Assembly (NCBI GenBank): GCA_963823035.1
Contig: CAWGKG010000004.1
Coordinates: 1 to 64,000, forward strand
Source: an uncultured Gemmatimonadales bacterium
GTDB lineage: Bacteria; Gemmatimonadota; Gemmatimonadetes; Longimicrobiales; Gaopeijiaceae
DNA: 64,000 nt
Direction: 5' to 3'
Made by a program: the position numbers and the translations under genes. Positions 1 to 10,457 of this stretch are shown here, piece after piece (the stretch's first letter is position 1; each line of letters begins with the position of its first letter). The notes under the pieces are model-generated. The model saw only the letters and a list, made by a program, of their open reading frames with translations. It had not been told where the DNA came from and made no database searches.

Positions 1-1507
1 CCCAACCGTCGGGGCGTCCGAGCTCGCGGGCCAGGATCTCGGCCACCTCGGGCGCGGCCTCCATGGCGGCGCGCGCATCCAGGAGGAGTGCACGCGAGCG
101 GCGTGCCAGAACGTCGTCGACGGTGCGCGCCATCTCCTCGCGGGCGAACCACACCACCTCGGCCCGGGTCAGGGGCAGGCGAGGATGCACCCCGGCGTCC
201 AGCCCGTCCGTGGTGGCCATCAGCTCCTCGATCTCCGCGGCGTCCGAGCCGTACGGCGCCAGCGGGCCGAACTTCTCCGCGTGCCGGTGGAAGCCGTGGA
301 TGTTGAGCTGCCGGGTCAGGCACGGCCGGGCTTCGAGATCGGCCATCGTCTGCGCGATGTCCACCGTGTCCTCGGCCATCTTCCGGTACGTCGTCCACTT
401 GCCGCCGGCGATCGTGATCAGCCCCGAGTCGCTCACGCGCACGGCGTGCTCGCGGCTGATCTCGGCCGTGTCGCCCGCGTCGTCCGCCGCGACGAGCGGC
501 CGAATCCCCGCGAAGACGCTCAGCACGTCGGAGCGCTCGGGGTCCTTCTCCAGGTAGCGGCGGGCGTGCTCGAGGATGAAGTCGACCTCCTCGGGCAGCG
601 GCACGGGCTCGAGGGTGGCCTGCTCCACCGGGGTGTCCGTGGTGCCGATCAGGACGCGCTCGTGCCAGGGGATCGCGAAGAGGACGCGACCGTCGTCCGT
701 GTGCGGTACCATGATGGCCGCCTCCCCGGGGAGGAACGAGCGGTCGAGCACGACGTGCACGCCCTGAGACGGCTGGATGATCGGCTTGGCGTCCGGCTGG
801 TCCAGGCGGCGGACGTCGTCGGCGAAGGGTCCCGTCGCGTTGATGACCGCCCTTCCGCGGACCTCGATCGCCTCCCCGGTCTCCTCGTCGCGGGCCGACA
901 CGCCGTCGACGATCCCGTCGGCGCCGCGGGACAGTCCGGTCACCCTGGCATAGGTCACGAGCACCGCGCCCTGCTCGGCCGCGGTCATGGCGAGGTGCAC
1001 GAGCAGGCGCGCGTCGTCGAACTGGCCGTCGTGATAGACCACCCCACCGATGAGGCCGTCCGTCTCGATGGTGGGGATGCGCGCGATGGTCTCCTCCTGC
1101 GACAGGTTCCGCGACTTGCCGAAGCCGTACCGGCCGGCGAGGACGTCGTAGACGCGCATGCCGATGCCGTAGAAGGGCGCTTCCCACCACTTGTAGTTGG
1201 GCACCACGAAGGGGAGGTCGTGCACCAGGTGCGGGGCGTTGTTGCGCAGGATGCCCCGCTCCTTGAGCGCTTCCATGACGAGCGGGATGTTCCCCTGCTG
1301 CAGGTAGCGGACCCCGCCGTGGATGAGCTTGGTCGACCGGCTCGACGTTCCCTTGCCGAAGTCGCTCTGCTCGAGCAGCACGACGTCGTGGCCCCGGGAG
1401 GCCGCGTCCAGCGCGATGCCGACGCCGGTGGCGCCGCCCCCCACGACGATCAGGTCCCAGCCGTCCGGAGACTCGCGGATGCGTCTCAGCGATTCGCTTC
1501 GGTCCAT
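1..1507 (-). CDS. glpD: FAD-dependent glycerol-3-phosphate dehydrogenase (3' end runs off window)
   Basis: Not in ORF track. Manual translation from ATG at 1507: MDRSESLRRIRESPDGWDLIVVGGGATGVGIALDAASRG...DFGKGTSSRSTKLIHGGVRYL, the GlpD signature. Confidence 0.92.
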   Translation of the reverse strand, partial: MDRSESLRRIRESPDGWDLIVVGGGATGVGIALDAASRGHDVVLLEQSDFGKGTSSRSTKLIHGGVRYLQQGNIPLVMEALKERGILRNNAPHLVHDLPFVVPNYKWWEAPFYGIGMRVYDVLAGRYGFGKSRNLSQEETIARIPTIETDGLIGGVVYHDGQFDDARLLVHLAMTAAEQGAVLVTYARVTGLSRGADGIVDGVSARDEETGEAIEVRGRAVINATGPFADDVRRLDQPDAKPIIQPSQGVHVVLDRSFLPGEAAIMVPHTDDGRVLFAIPWHERVLIGTTDTPVEQATLEPVPLPEEVDFILEHARRYLEKDPERSDVLSVFAGIRPLVAADDAGDTAEISREHAVRVSDSGLITIAGGKWTTYRKMAEDTVDIAQTMADLEARPCLTRQLNIHGFHRHAEKFGPLAPYGSDAAEIEELMATTDGLDAGVHPRLPLTRAEVVWFAREEMARTVDDVLARRSRALLLDARAAMEAAPEVAEILARELGRPDGW

Positions 1508-1666
1508 GCCGGAAGATAGGCAGGGTGTCCGGCCGGGCGACACCGGGCGGGCTCGGCGCAACGAAACGCTGGACGCGGGGGCGCTCCGGGCGTACATGCT
1601 CATGGACGCACAAGGCGGCGCCGCCCGCCCGCGAGACGCACCCGCTTTCTCCGCGAGGACGCCCCG

Positions 1667-2233
1667 GTGACGCCCTTCGAGCACCTCTCGGTCCTCATCT
1701 CGATCATCCTGGGGCTTGGGATCGCCCAGCTCCTGACCAACGTGCACGCGCTTGCGCAGGCGAGCGGCCGCGTACGCGTCTACTGGCTGTCCGTGATCTG
1801 GACGATCCTCATCTTCGTCGCCCAGGTGGAGTGGTGGTGGTCGAGCTTCCGCTTCCAGGACCTCCCCCTGGAAACGTGGTCGTTCTTCTATTTCCTCTTT
1901 GTCCTGCTGAGCCCGGTGACGCTCTACCTCGCGGCGGCCTTCGTGTTGCCGAGCGTCGGGTCGGAGCAGGGGTGCGACCTGCGCGAGCACTACTACCGGA
2001 CTCGTGGCTGGTTCTTTCTGATGGCCGCGCTCGGCCCGGCGCTGGACGCGGTGCGCCGCGGGGTGACGGAGGGCAGTGTCACGGACGTCGGCGTGACCAG
2101 CAACCTGGTCGCCGCCGCCCTGGTCGGCTCCCTGGCCCTGAGCGAGCGGGAGGCCTACCACGCGGTGATCACGCTGGGCGTAACCGGTCTCTTCCTCTAC
2201 TTCATCGTGGCGGCGGCGCTCAACCTGGGATAG
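1667..2233 (+). CDS. Conserved-looking multi-pass membrane protein of unknown function
   Basis: 188-aa ORF with about 5-6 hydrophobic helices (MTPFEHLSVLISIILGLGIAQLL...). Confidence 0.75.
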   Translation: MTPFEHLSVLISIILGLGIAQLLTNVHALAQASGRVRVYWLSVIWTILIFVAQVEWWWSSFRFQDLPLETWSFFYFLFVLLSPVTLYLAAAFVLPSVGSEQGCDLREHYYRTRGWFFLMAALGPALDAVRRGVTEGSVTDVGVTSNLVAAALVGSLALSEREAYHAVITLGVTGLFLYFIVAAALNLG

Positions 2234-2251
2234 CGCTCCTACCACGGGCTC

Positions 2252-4900
2252 CTAGTCGCCGCGCAGGCTCACGGCGGGATCGAGCCGTGTCGCGCGCCGC
2301 GCCGGCAGCCAGGTGGCCGCGACCGAGACGGCCGCGAGCAGGACCGCCACCAGGACGTAGGTCCAGGGATCGAGCGGGCTCACCTCGTAGAGGAGGTCGC
2401 CCAGGACGCGCGCCGACGCCATCGCGGCCGCGAGCCCGAGGACAAGGCCGGGAACGGTCAGGCGGGCGCCCTGCGCCAGCACCATGCGCAGCACCGAGCC
2501 GCGGCTGGCGCCGAGCGCGAGGCGCATGCCGAGCTCGCGCGACCGCTGCGCGACGCCGTACGACATCACGCCGTAGATGCCGATCGCCCCGAGCGCCAGC
2601 GCGAGGGCGGCGAACACGCCGAAGAGGGAGAGGGCGAAGCGGCGCGCACCCAGCCGGTCGACGGCGATGTCCTGCAGCGTCCTCACGCCGTCGAGCGGGA
2701 GCTGGGGATCGGTCGACCGCACGGCGTCGCGCAGCGCAGGGACGAGGGCCCGCGGGTCACCCGCCGTGCGCACCAACGCGCTCGGGCTGATGTAGTCGTC
2801 CGAGGTGCGGCTGTCGCCCACCCACAGGCGCAGGACCGAGGAGAGCGGAAAGTAGAAGGCCGAGGGCGCGGGTCGGTCCGGACTGCCGCCCGCGAGATCG
2901 CCGCACACGCCGACCACCACGAGCCCGCTGCCTCCGAAGGAGATCTGGCGGCCGAGTGGGTCTTCGTCCGGGAAGAGCTTGCGCGCCAGCGTCTCGTTGA
3001 TGACGACCGAGGTGGTGGATCCACGGAACTCGTCCTCGGTCAGCCAGCGCCCGGACACGAGGGGTGCGCCGACGGCGGCGAAGTAGCCGGGCGTGATGAA
3101 GCGCATGGAGGTGAAATCCGCGCCACGCGCGTCGTCTCCGAAGACGGTGACTCTGGTGTTGTCTCCTCCCAGGAGCGGCAGCCGGTTGACGAATCCGGCC
3201 GCCTGGACGCCCGGCGTGGCCGCGAGGCGCGCCTCGAGTCTGTCGATGAAGGTGCCGATGGTCGCGGCATCGGGGTACGACGCCGCGGGGAGGGACAGGG
3301 TGAACGTCAGCACCCGATCGGGCTCGCGCACGCCCAGGTCCACCTTCTGCAGTCGCCACATGCTGTTGCCGAGGAGTCCGGCGCCCGCCACCACCAGCAC
3401 GGAGAGCGCGACCTCGGCCACCACCAGGACGCGCCCCATCCGGCTGCCGTGTCCGGACGATCCGCGCGCGCCCTCCTTGAGGTGGCTCTGCAGGTCGCTC
3501 GGACGGATGCGGGCGAGCGGGACCAGCCCGACGAGCACGCCCACGAGCAGGGTGGTCGCGAGGGTGAAGCCGAGGACGGTGCCGTCCAGGCCGATCCGAT
3601 CGGCGCGGGCGAGCATGTCGCCGTAGAGCGCCGTGAGGAGATCGACGCCCCAGTACGCCGCCACCACCCCGAGCGCTCCGCCCGCGGCGGCCAGCACGAG
3701 CCCCTCGCCCAGGAAGAGGCTCACGAGCCGGGATCGACGCGCCCCCAGGGAGTAGCGCACCGCCAGTTCGCGATGGCGCCGCTCGGCGCGCACCAGGAGG
3801 AGGTTGGCCACGTTCACGCACGCGATGAGGAGCACCAGCACGACCGCGCCCCCGAGGAGGACGAGGGAGTGTCGGTTGCGCCCGACGATCATCTCCCGCA
3901 GTGGAGTCGCCCAGGTGTACCAGTCCTTGTTCGCCTCCGGATAGGCCGTCACGAGGCCGTCGAAGATGCCCTGTAGCTCCGCGCGCAGGCTCACCACGTC
4001 GGCGCCCTCCGCCAGGCGGCCGATGCCGAAGTAGCCGCGACTCCCGCGGCTTGGATCCGAGCCGACGTACTGGAGCGCCATGAGGAGCTGCGGCCGGCCG
4101 GGAAAGGAGAAGCTCGCGGGCAGCACCCCCACGATGCGGACCGGTCGGGCGTCTACGGTCGTCGTGGTGCCCACCACGGCGGGGTCGGCGCCGTACCGCG
4201 AACGCCAGAGGCCGTCCGTGAGGAGCGCCGCCGGCTCGGCGCCCGCGTCGTCGTCCGCGGGGAGGAGGTCGCGACCCAGGCGGGGTGCGACGCCGAGCAC
4301 GCCGAGCATCTCCGACGAGGTGAAGAGAATGGGCACCCGAGCCGCTTCCGCGTCCGTGGCGAGGTTGCCGTCCAGCACGCGGTACGCGGCCGCCGACCGC
4401 ATCCGGTGGGAGCCGGCGCGCAAGTCGAGGAAGTTGGGGATCGACTGGTTGGCGCGCGGACTCCCGAAGCTGGGATGGCCGTCCGAGAGCCACACCAGTC
4501 CCTCCGGGTGGTCGTAGGGAAGCGGCGCGAGCAGCGAGCCGTGGATCACGCTGAAGATGGCGGTGTTGGCACCGATGCCGAGCGCCAGCGTGAGCACGGC
4601 GACGGCCGTGAAGCCCGGGGCACGCGCCAGCGAGCGCACCGCGAGCCGGAGGTCCCTCGACCACGACTCCATCGACCCCATTCCCCCTCCTCCCCTGTCG
4701 AAGGCGCGCCAGCGCACCGCGAAGCCGATCACCTGTCGACGGTACCACCTGCGGGCGGGGCGCACGCCGTCCCGCTCCACGCGCTCCCGGAAGAGCGTCT
4801 CGAGGGCCGGATCCACCTCCGCGCGCCGCGAGCCCACCAGCGTGCCCAGGATCCACCGCGCGAGGCGGGGTGGCCGAGGTGCCCCTTCGCGGCCGTTCAT
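2252..4900 (-). CDS. ABC transporter permease, duplicated MacB/FtsX (ADOP-type)
   Basis: LARAPGFTAVAVLTLALGIGANTAIFS, LLIACVNVANLLL and RELGMRLALGA motifs; lies directly downstream of PadR. Confidence 0.9.
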   Translation of the reverse strand: MNGREGAPRPPRLARWILGTLVGSRRAEVDPALETLFRERVERDGVRPARRWYRRQVIGFAVRWRAFDRGGGGMGSMESWSRDLRLAVRSLARAPGFTAVAVLTLALGIGANTAIFSVIHGSLLAPLPYDHPEGLVWLSDGHPSFGSPRANQSIPNFLDLRAGSHRMRSAAAYRVLDGNLATDAEAARVPILFTSSEMLGVLGVAPRLGRDLLPADDDAGAEPAALLTDGLWRSRYGADPAVVGTTTTVDARPVRIVGVLPASFSFPGRPQLLMALQYVGSDPSRGSRGYFGIGRLAEGADVVSLRAELQGIFDGLVTAYPEANKDWYTWATPLREMIVGRNRHSLVLLGGAVVLVLLIACVNVANLLLVRAERRHRELAVRYSLGARRSRLVSLFLGEGLVLAAAGGALGVVAAYWGVDLLTALYGDMLARADRIGLDGTVLGFTLATTLLVGVLVGLVPLARIRPSDLQSHLKEGARGSSGHGSRMGRVLVVAEVALSVLVVAGAGLLGNSMWRLQKVDLGVREPDRVLTFTLSLPAASYPDAATIGTFIDRLEARLAATPGVQAAGFVNRLPLLGGDNTRVTVFGDDARGADFTSMRFITPGYFAAVGAPLVSGRWLTEDEFRGSTTSVVINETLARKLFPDEDPLGRQISFGGSGLVVVGVCGDLAGGSPDRPAPSAFYFPLSSVLRLWVGDSRTSDDYISPSALVRTAGDPRALVPALRDAVRSTDPQLPLDGVRTLQDIAVDRLGARRFALSLFGVFAALALALGAIGIYGVMSYGVAQRSRELGMRLALGASRGSVLRMVLAQGARLTVPGLVLGLAAAMASARVLGDLLYEVSPLDPWTYVLVAVLLAAVSVAATWLPARRATRLDPAVSLRGD

Positions 4901-4907
4901 GGCCGGC

Positions 4908-5240
4908 TCAACCTCCGGGCTCGTCCAGCGCCGATTCTACGCCCGCCCATAGGCTGAGGAAGCTCTGCCGCGACTCCCGCATCGCGTCCAACGCCGCGTC
5001 CGTGAGGCTGAAGTAGCGGCGCGCGTGTCCGCCTTCGAGCCCTGGCTGCACGAGCCGATCGAGAAGGAGTCCCTTGGCCTTCAGGCGCTGCAGGGCAACG
5101 AAGACCGCGGAGGTCGCGACCTCGCGCCCGGTGTGCCGCTCGAGCTCCGCGACGATCTCCACGCTGTACGACTCCGAGCTTCGACGCAGGATCGAGAGGA
5201 GCACCTGGTGCTCGAACTGACCGAGGACGGTGGGGGACAC
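4908..5240 (-). CDS. PadR-family transcriptional regulator
   Basis: From GTG 5240: LGQFEHQVLLSILR...SAVFVALQRLKAKGLL...GHARRYFSLT. Confidence 0.88.
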   Translation of the reverse strand: MSPTVLGQFEHQVLLSILRRSSESYSVEIVAELERHTGREVATSAVFVALQRLKAKGLLLDRLVQPGLEGGHARRYFSLTDAALDAMRESRQSFLSLWAGVESALDEPGG

Positions 5241-5411
5241 GCTCGTCTCCGGAAGGGGTGGCGTTGTCCTGACGACTACGCAGCGAATGTATAGCAACGT
5301 CATACGAAGAGGCAACGGCCCCGTGCGAGGCGCTTCCGATCCGACGGATGCGGGCGTATGCTCCTTCCCCGGGGGAGCGCCCCCGGGTCCCCCGATCCCT
5401 CCGGGTGCGCC

Positions 5412-5750
5412 ATGACCTTCGACGAGATCCGACGCCTCGCGCTCCAGTTCCCGGGCATGCAGGAGGGCACGTCCTACGGCACGCCGGCATTCCGGATCCG
5501 CGGCCGGTTCCTGGGCCGCCTCCACGATAGCGAGCCCGCCTTCGTTCTCCGCATGGACCTGGCGACCCGGGACTTCGTGACGACGAGCCGTCCCGACGTC
5601 TTCTACGTCACGGACCACTACCGCGAATACCCTGCGGTACTGGTGCGCTACGAGGCGATCGAGGCCGACGACCTGCACGAGTACATCGAAGACGCATGGC
5701 GCCCCCACGCGTCGCGGAACCAGCTGGCCTCGTACGACGCCGTGTCGTGA
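5412..5750 (+). CDS. MmcQ/YjbR-family protein
   Basis: MTFDEIRRLALQFPGMQEGTSYGTPAFRIRGRFL...FYVTDHYREYPAVLVR. Confidence 0.8.
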   Translation: MTFDEIRRLALQFPGMQEGTSYGTPAFRIRGRFLGRLHDSEPAFVLRMDLATRDFVTTSRPDVFYVTDHYREYPAVLVRYEAIEADDLHEYIEDAWRPHASRNQLASYDAVS

Positions 5751-5769
5751 TTCGCCCGGTCCCCCGCCC

Positions 5770-7368
5770 ATGATCGACCTCGCCCGCCGCGCGCTCGGTA
5801 CGGCGCTCGCTGTCCTCCTCCTGGCCGTCCCCACCTTCGCGGCTGCCCAGGAATGGGACGTGCTGCTCCGCGGCGGTACGGTGATCGACGGCACGGGCTC
5901 GCCCCGCTACCGGGCGGACGTGGCCGTGAAAGGCGACCGGATCGTCCGGGTGTCCCGCACCGCGCTCGACCCCGGGCGCGCGCTCAGGGTGATCGACGCC
6001 ACAGGGAAGGTCGTGAGCCCCGGCTTCGTCGACCTGCACACGCACCTCGACCCGATCCTCCGCCTCCCGGGCGCGGAGAGCCACGTGCGCCAGGGCGTGA
6101 CCACCGCCCTGGGCGGGCCGGACGGCGGTGGGCCATGGCCGTTCGGGCCCTACCTGGACTCGGTGGAAGCCGTGGGCGTCGGGATGAACGTGGGCTTCCT
6201 CGCCGGGCACAACTCGATCCGCGAGGCGGTGATGGGCCTCGAGAACCGCGACCCCACGCCCGCCGAGCTGCGGCGCATGGAGGAGATGGTGGCGCGGTCG
6301 ATGGACGAGGGGGCGTGGGGGATGTCGACCGGGCTGAAGTACCTCCCCGGAGCGTTCTCCAAGCTCGACGAGCTGGTCGCTCTCTCCCGCGTGGCCGCGG
6401 AGCGAGGCGGCATCTATACCTCGCACCTGCGCGAGGAGGGGCTCGGTCTCATCGACGGGGTGGCCGAGGCGATGGAGATCGGCAGGCAGGCGCACATCCC
6501 CGTGGTGCTCACGCACCACAAGGTGGTGGGCCACCCGATGTGGGGCGCGTCGGCGCGCACCCTCGCGATGGTGGACTCGGCACGCGCCGCCGGTACCGAC
6601 GTGATGATCGACCAATACCCCTACACGGCCAGCTACACGGGCATCACCGTGCTCATCCCGTCCTGGGCGATGGAGGGCGGCACGCGGGACTTCCTCGGCC
6701 GGATGGCGGATCCCGTCCTGTCCGACAGCATCCTCGCGGGCATCGAGTTCAACATCGTCAACGACCGCGGCGGCAACGACCTGCACCGGGTTCAGTTCGC
6801 CCTGGTGGACTGGGATCGGTCGCTCGAAGGAAAGACGCTGTGGGACCTCGCCGAGCGGGAAGGCCTCCAGCCCACGCCGGCCAACGGGGCGCACCTGGTG
6901 GTGGAGGTGATCCGGAGGGGTGGCGCGAGCGCCATCTTCCACGCCATGGACGAGGGGGACGTGGAGGCCATCATGCGCCATCCGATGACGATGGTCGCCT
7001 CCGACGGGCGCCTGACCCAGCCCGGCGAGGGCCATCCCCATCCGCGCTGGTACGGCACCTTTCCGCGTGTCCTCGGCGTCTACGTCCGGGAAAAGGGCGT
7101 CCTGGGCCTCGAGGAGGCCGTGCACAAGATGTCCGGGATGCCCGCCGCACGGATGGGGCTCGCGGAGCGGGGGCGGATCGAGGAGGGGTGGTATGCCGAC
7201 CTGGTCGTCTTCGATCCCGCCACCGTGAAGGACCAGGCCACGTTCGAGCGCCCGCACCAGTATCCGGTAGGGATCCCCTGGGTGCTGGTGAACGGGCGGG
7301 TCACCGTGGAGGAAGGCGTCTTCCGGGACGCGCGAGCCGGGCGGGTGCTCCGCCGGGGCAGGTCTTGA
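5770..7368 (+). CDS. N-acyl-D-amino-acid deacylase (amidohydrolase) with signal peptide
   Basis: PGFVDLHTH metal motif, SHLR, MVASDG and HPHPRWYGTFPRVLG. Confidence 0.88.
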   Translation: MIDLARRALGTALAVLLLAVPTFAAAQEWDVLLRGGTVIDGTGSPRYRADVAVKGDRIVRVSRTALDPGRALRVIDATGKVVSPGFVDLHTHLDPILRLPGAESHVRQGVTTALGGPDGGGPWPFGPYLDSVEAVGVGMNVGFLAGHNSIREAVMGLENRDPTPAELRRMEEMVARSMDEGAWGMSTGLKYLPGAFSKLDELVALSRVAAERGGIYTSHLREEGLGLIDGVAEAMEIGRQAHIPVVLTHHKVVGHPMWGASARTLAMVDSARAAGTDVMIDQYPYTASYTGITVLIPSWAMEGGTRDFLGRMADPVLSDSILAGIEFNIVNDRGGNDLHRVQFALVDWDRSLEGKTLWDLAEREGLQPTPANGAHLVVEVIRRGGASAIFHAMDEGDVEAIMRHPMTMVASDGRLTQPGEGHPHPRWYGTFPRVLGVYVREKGVLGLEEAVHKMSGMPAARMGLAERGRIEEGWYADLVVFDPATVKDQATFERPHQYPVGIPWVLVNGRVTVEEGVFRDARAGRVLRRGRS

Positions 7369-7527
7369 GGGCCGGCGCGGGGGTGCGTCGCGGGAATCTC
7401 CCGGCGGCTCTGTAGCATCCCCCTTGCCGGTGCGGGAGAAATCCCCTACAGACAGGTGCGGTTCGGCTGCGCAACTTGTTATGACCCTGGGGGCCATGTC
7501 TCCCAGGGCCTAGAACCAGACCCTGCC

Positions 7528-9558
7528 ATGTCACGGACAAAGCCCGAACACCTTCGGAACGGCGGTCTCCCTGCCGGAGATCCCCCGCCGCCGGCGCGCC
7601 CCGGGCCCGCGGCAGTCCCCGCCCAGCTCGACGACCTGTTGCGCACGCAGTTCTCGTACAACCATGCCCCCGATCCGATCTATTGGGTCGGCCTGGACGC
7701 TTCGTTCCTGTACGTGAACGAAGCCGCGTGCGACGTCACGGGCTATTCGCGCGAAGAGCTCCTTTCCATGAAGGTGTTCGACCTTGATCCGGCGTTCCCG
7801 CCGGCGGTCTGGGGCGACCACTGGGAGAAGACGCGCCGCGGCGCTGCGCAGGTGATCGAGACGCAGCACCGGAGGAAGGACGGCACCCGGTACCCGGTCG
7901 AGCTCGCGATCACCTTCATGGTGTACGAAGGGCAGGAATACCACTGCGCGTTCGCCCGTGACATCTCCGAGCGCCGGGCGGCCGACGTGGCGTTGCGGGA
8001 GAGCGAGGAGCGCCTCCGACTTGCCCTCAACGTGGCCCGCCAGGCGATGTTCGACCTGGACCTGACGACCGGGGAGGCGCGCGTCTCGTCGGAATACGCG
8101 ACCATGCTCGGCCACGACCCGGGCGGGTTCCACGAGACGACGGAGCAATGGCTCGAGCGGCTCCACCCGGAAGACCGTCCGCGCGTCGAGGCCACCTATC
8201 GCGCGTACGTTGCTGGAGAGATTCCCGAGTACGAGGTGGAGTTCCGGCAGCGTACGCGTGACGGGGAATGGAAGTGGATCCTGTCGGTCGGGCGCATCGT
8301 CGCGTGGGACGAGGAGGGTCGTCCGGCGCGCATGATCGGGACGCACACCGACATCGCCGAGCGCAAGCTCCGCGAAGACGAACGACAGCGACTGGAAGCG
8401 CAGTTCCTCCACGCGCAGAAGCTGGAGACGGTCGGTCTGCTGACGGGAGGCGTGGCGCACGACTTCAACAACATGCTGTGCGTGATCCAGGGGTACGCCG
8501 AGCTGATCTCTGGGGGGCTCGCGGCAGACGACCCCATCTCCGAGGACGTGGGCGAGATCCTGCGGGCCGCGGGGCGCGCCCGCGACATCGCGCACCAACT
8601 GTTGTCGTTCTCGAGGAAGGAGGTCGCCGATCGAAGGCCGATGAGCCTGAACGCCGTCATCGGCGCGACGCTGAAGTCGCTCGCCCGCCTCCTCGGTGAG
8701 GACGTGGAGCTGGTATGGGACCCGCAGATGTCGCTCGACGAGGCGCTCCTCGACCCCTCTCAGGTGGAACAGCTCCTGCTCAACCTGGTGGTGAACGCGC
8801 GCGACGCGATGCCGTCTGGGGGGCGTCTCAAGATCGAGACGAGCAACATCTCCTCCCGCCGCGCCCTGGAGCTTCGCCGCATCGGCGTCGAGCCGGGCGA
8901 ATACGTCTGCCTCAAGGTCACGGACGATGGCGTGGGGATGGACCCGGCCACGCTGGAGCGCGCCTTCGAGCCCTTCTTCACCACGAAGGAGTCGGGGCGA
9001 GGCACCGGGCTCGGGCTGGCGACCGTCTACGGCATCGTCGCGAACCACGAGGGCAAGGTGCACCTGGAAAGCGCGCCGGGCCTCGGGACCACGTTCGCGA
9101 TCTACTTTCCACGCACGGGCGCCGCGTCGGAGGCGCCGGCGGAGCCCTCGGCCCAGGAGAGCGGAAAGGCGAGCGGCACGGTTCTGCTGGTCGAGGACGA
9201 CGAGATCGTGAGCAAGACGACTCGCCGGATGCTGGAGTCGATCGGCTACCGCGTCCTGGTCGCCCACTCGCCGGACGAGGCGGTGAAGATCTGCCAGGCC
9301 GGCTCGCAGGAGATCGACGTGCTCCTCACCGACATCGTCCTTCCCGGGATGAACGGGCGGGACCTGCACGAGGTCGTCCGCGACCTCCTCCCCGGGATCG
9401 AGACGCTCTTCATGAGCGGGTACACGGGCGAGGCGATGGACCGGCGCGGCCGCGGGCTCCACAAGCTCGCGCCCTTCCTGCAGAAGCCCTTCACGATGCA
9501 GGACCTGAAAGCGAAGCTGGCGGAGGCGCGCGCAGGCGTCCGGCCCGCGTCGGCTTGA
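7528..9558 (+). CDS. PAS-PAS hybrid histidine kinase/receiver (CckA-type)
   Basis: Two PAS domains, H-box GGVAHDFNNML, NLVVNARDAM, FEPFFTTK, GTGLGL and a C-terminal receiver (LLTDIVLP). Start codon uncertain. Confidence 0.9.
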   Translation: MSRTKPEHLRNGGLPAGDPPPPARPGPAAVPAQLDDLLRTQFSYNHAPDPIYWVGLDASFLYVNEAACDVTGYSREELLSMKVFDLDPAFPPAVWGDHWEKTRRGAAQVIETQHRRKDGTRYPVELAITFMVYEGQEYHCAFARDISERRAADVALRESEERLRLALNVARQAMFDLDLTTGEARVSSEYATMLGHDPGGFHETTEQWLERLHPEDRPRVEATYRAYVAGEIPEYEVEFRQRTRDGEWKWILSVGRIVAWDEEGRPARMIGTHTDIAERKLREDERQRLEAQFLHAQKLETVGLLTGGVAHDFNNMLCVIQGYAELISGGLAADDPISEDVGEILRAAGRARDIAHQLLSFSRKEVADRRPMSLNAVIGATLKSLARLLGEDVELVWDPQMSLDEALLDPSQVEQLLLNLVVNARDAMPSGGRLKIETSNISSRRALELRRIGVEPGEYVCLKVTDDGVGMDPATLERAFEPFFTTKESGRGTGLGLATVYGIVANHEGKVHLESAPGLGTTFAIYFPRTGAASEAPAEPSAQESGKASGTVLLVEDDEIVSKTTRRMLESIGYRVLVAHSPDEAVKICQAGSQEIDVLLTDIVLPGMNGRDLHEVVRDLLPGIETLFMSGYTGEAMDRRGRGLHKLAPFLQKPFTMQDLKAKLAEARAGVRPASA

Positions 9559-9585
9559 GCGAACGCCCCTCTCCCCGGTCTCCGA

Positions 9586-10457
9586 TCAGGCCGTGGCCAG
9601 CCGGTCGCCGATTGCAGCCCCCGTGCCGCTGCGCTGGAAGAGCGTCGTGCCTACCCCGGGCACCGTCCGCCACGCTCCCGGTCACGCCCAGCGCCGTCTC
9701 GGCCGCGCCCAGGAAGAGGTAGCCGTCGGGCGCGACCACCTGGGCCATGCGCTCCAGCACGTCCCGCTTGCCCGTGGTCGTGGAAGTAGATCAGGACGTT
9801 GCGGCAGAAGACGATGTCGAAGGTGCCGAGGTGCCGGAACGGCGTCCATCAGGTTGTGCTCCCGGAAGGTCACCATCCGGCGGATGCGGCGTCCTTCACC
9901 TGCCAGTTGCCGGCGTCCTTCTGGTCGAAGTGCTTGATCAGGAGTCTGGATAGGGCAGGCCGCGCTGCACCTCGAAGTGGTTGAACACGCCCTCGCGGGC
10001 CCGCTCGACGACCTTGGAGCGAGTAGTCCGTCCCGAGGATCTCGATCGTTCCAACCGGTGAGGGCGGGGCGGTAGTCGGCGAGGAGCATGGCGAGCGAGT
10101 ATGCCTCCTGCCCCGTGGAGCACGCGGCGCTCCAGATCCGCAGGCGCCGCGGACGCATGGCGGCGCTCCAGGAGCTCCGGCAGGAGCCGCTCCTTCATGA
10201 GGTCGAAGGGACGTCCGTCGCGGAAGAAGAGCGACTCGTTCGTGGTCATCGCCTCGCAGACGAGCTTGGTCACGCTCCGGTCGGTCGTGTTCCGCAGGCA
10301 GGCCGATCGAGCGCGGCCGAGGTCGCGGAAGCCGAGGCTCCCGGCGACGCGACTCCAGGCGACGCTCGACGAGGTACTCCTTTCCGTCTTCGAGGTGGTG
10401 CCCGCTGTTGGCGAGCAGGACCTTCCGCAGGGTCTCGTAGTCGGCTCGCGCGATCAT
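9586..10457 (-). CDS. cheR: Chemotaxis methyltransferase CheR (several frameshifts)
   Basis: Fragments in different frames: LEDGKEYLVERRL, EAMTTNESLFFRD, RIWSAACSTGQEAYS, FREHNL, PDGYLFLGAAET. Confidence 0.88.

Noticed and set aside
185..1519. Long antisense or shadow ORFs (e.g. 185-1519, 36166-38781, 41085-43292, 62881-63978)
   Set aside because: They overlap well-supported genes on the opposite strand and are expected from stop-poor, high-GC3 DNA.
5277..5298. Weak palindrome upstream of padR and a 10-mer (GTATAGCAAC) shared with the fliA upstream region
   Set aside because: Too short to separate from chance; no enhancer or sigma54 core accompanies it.
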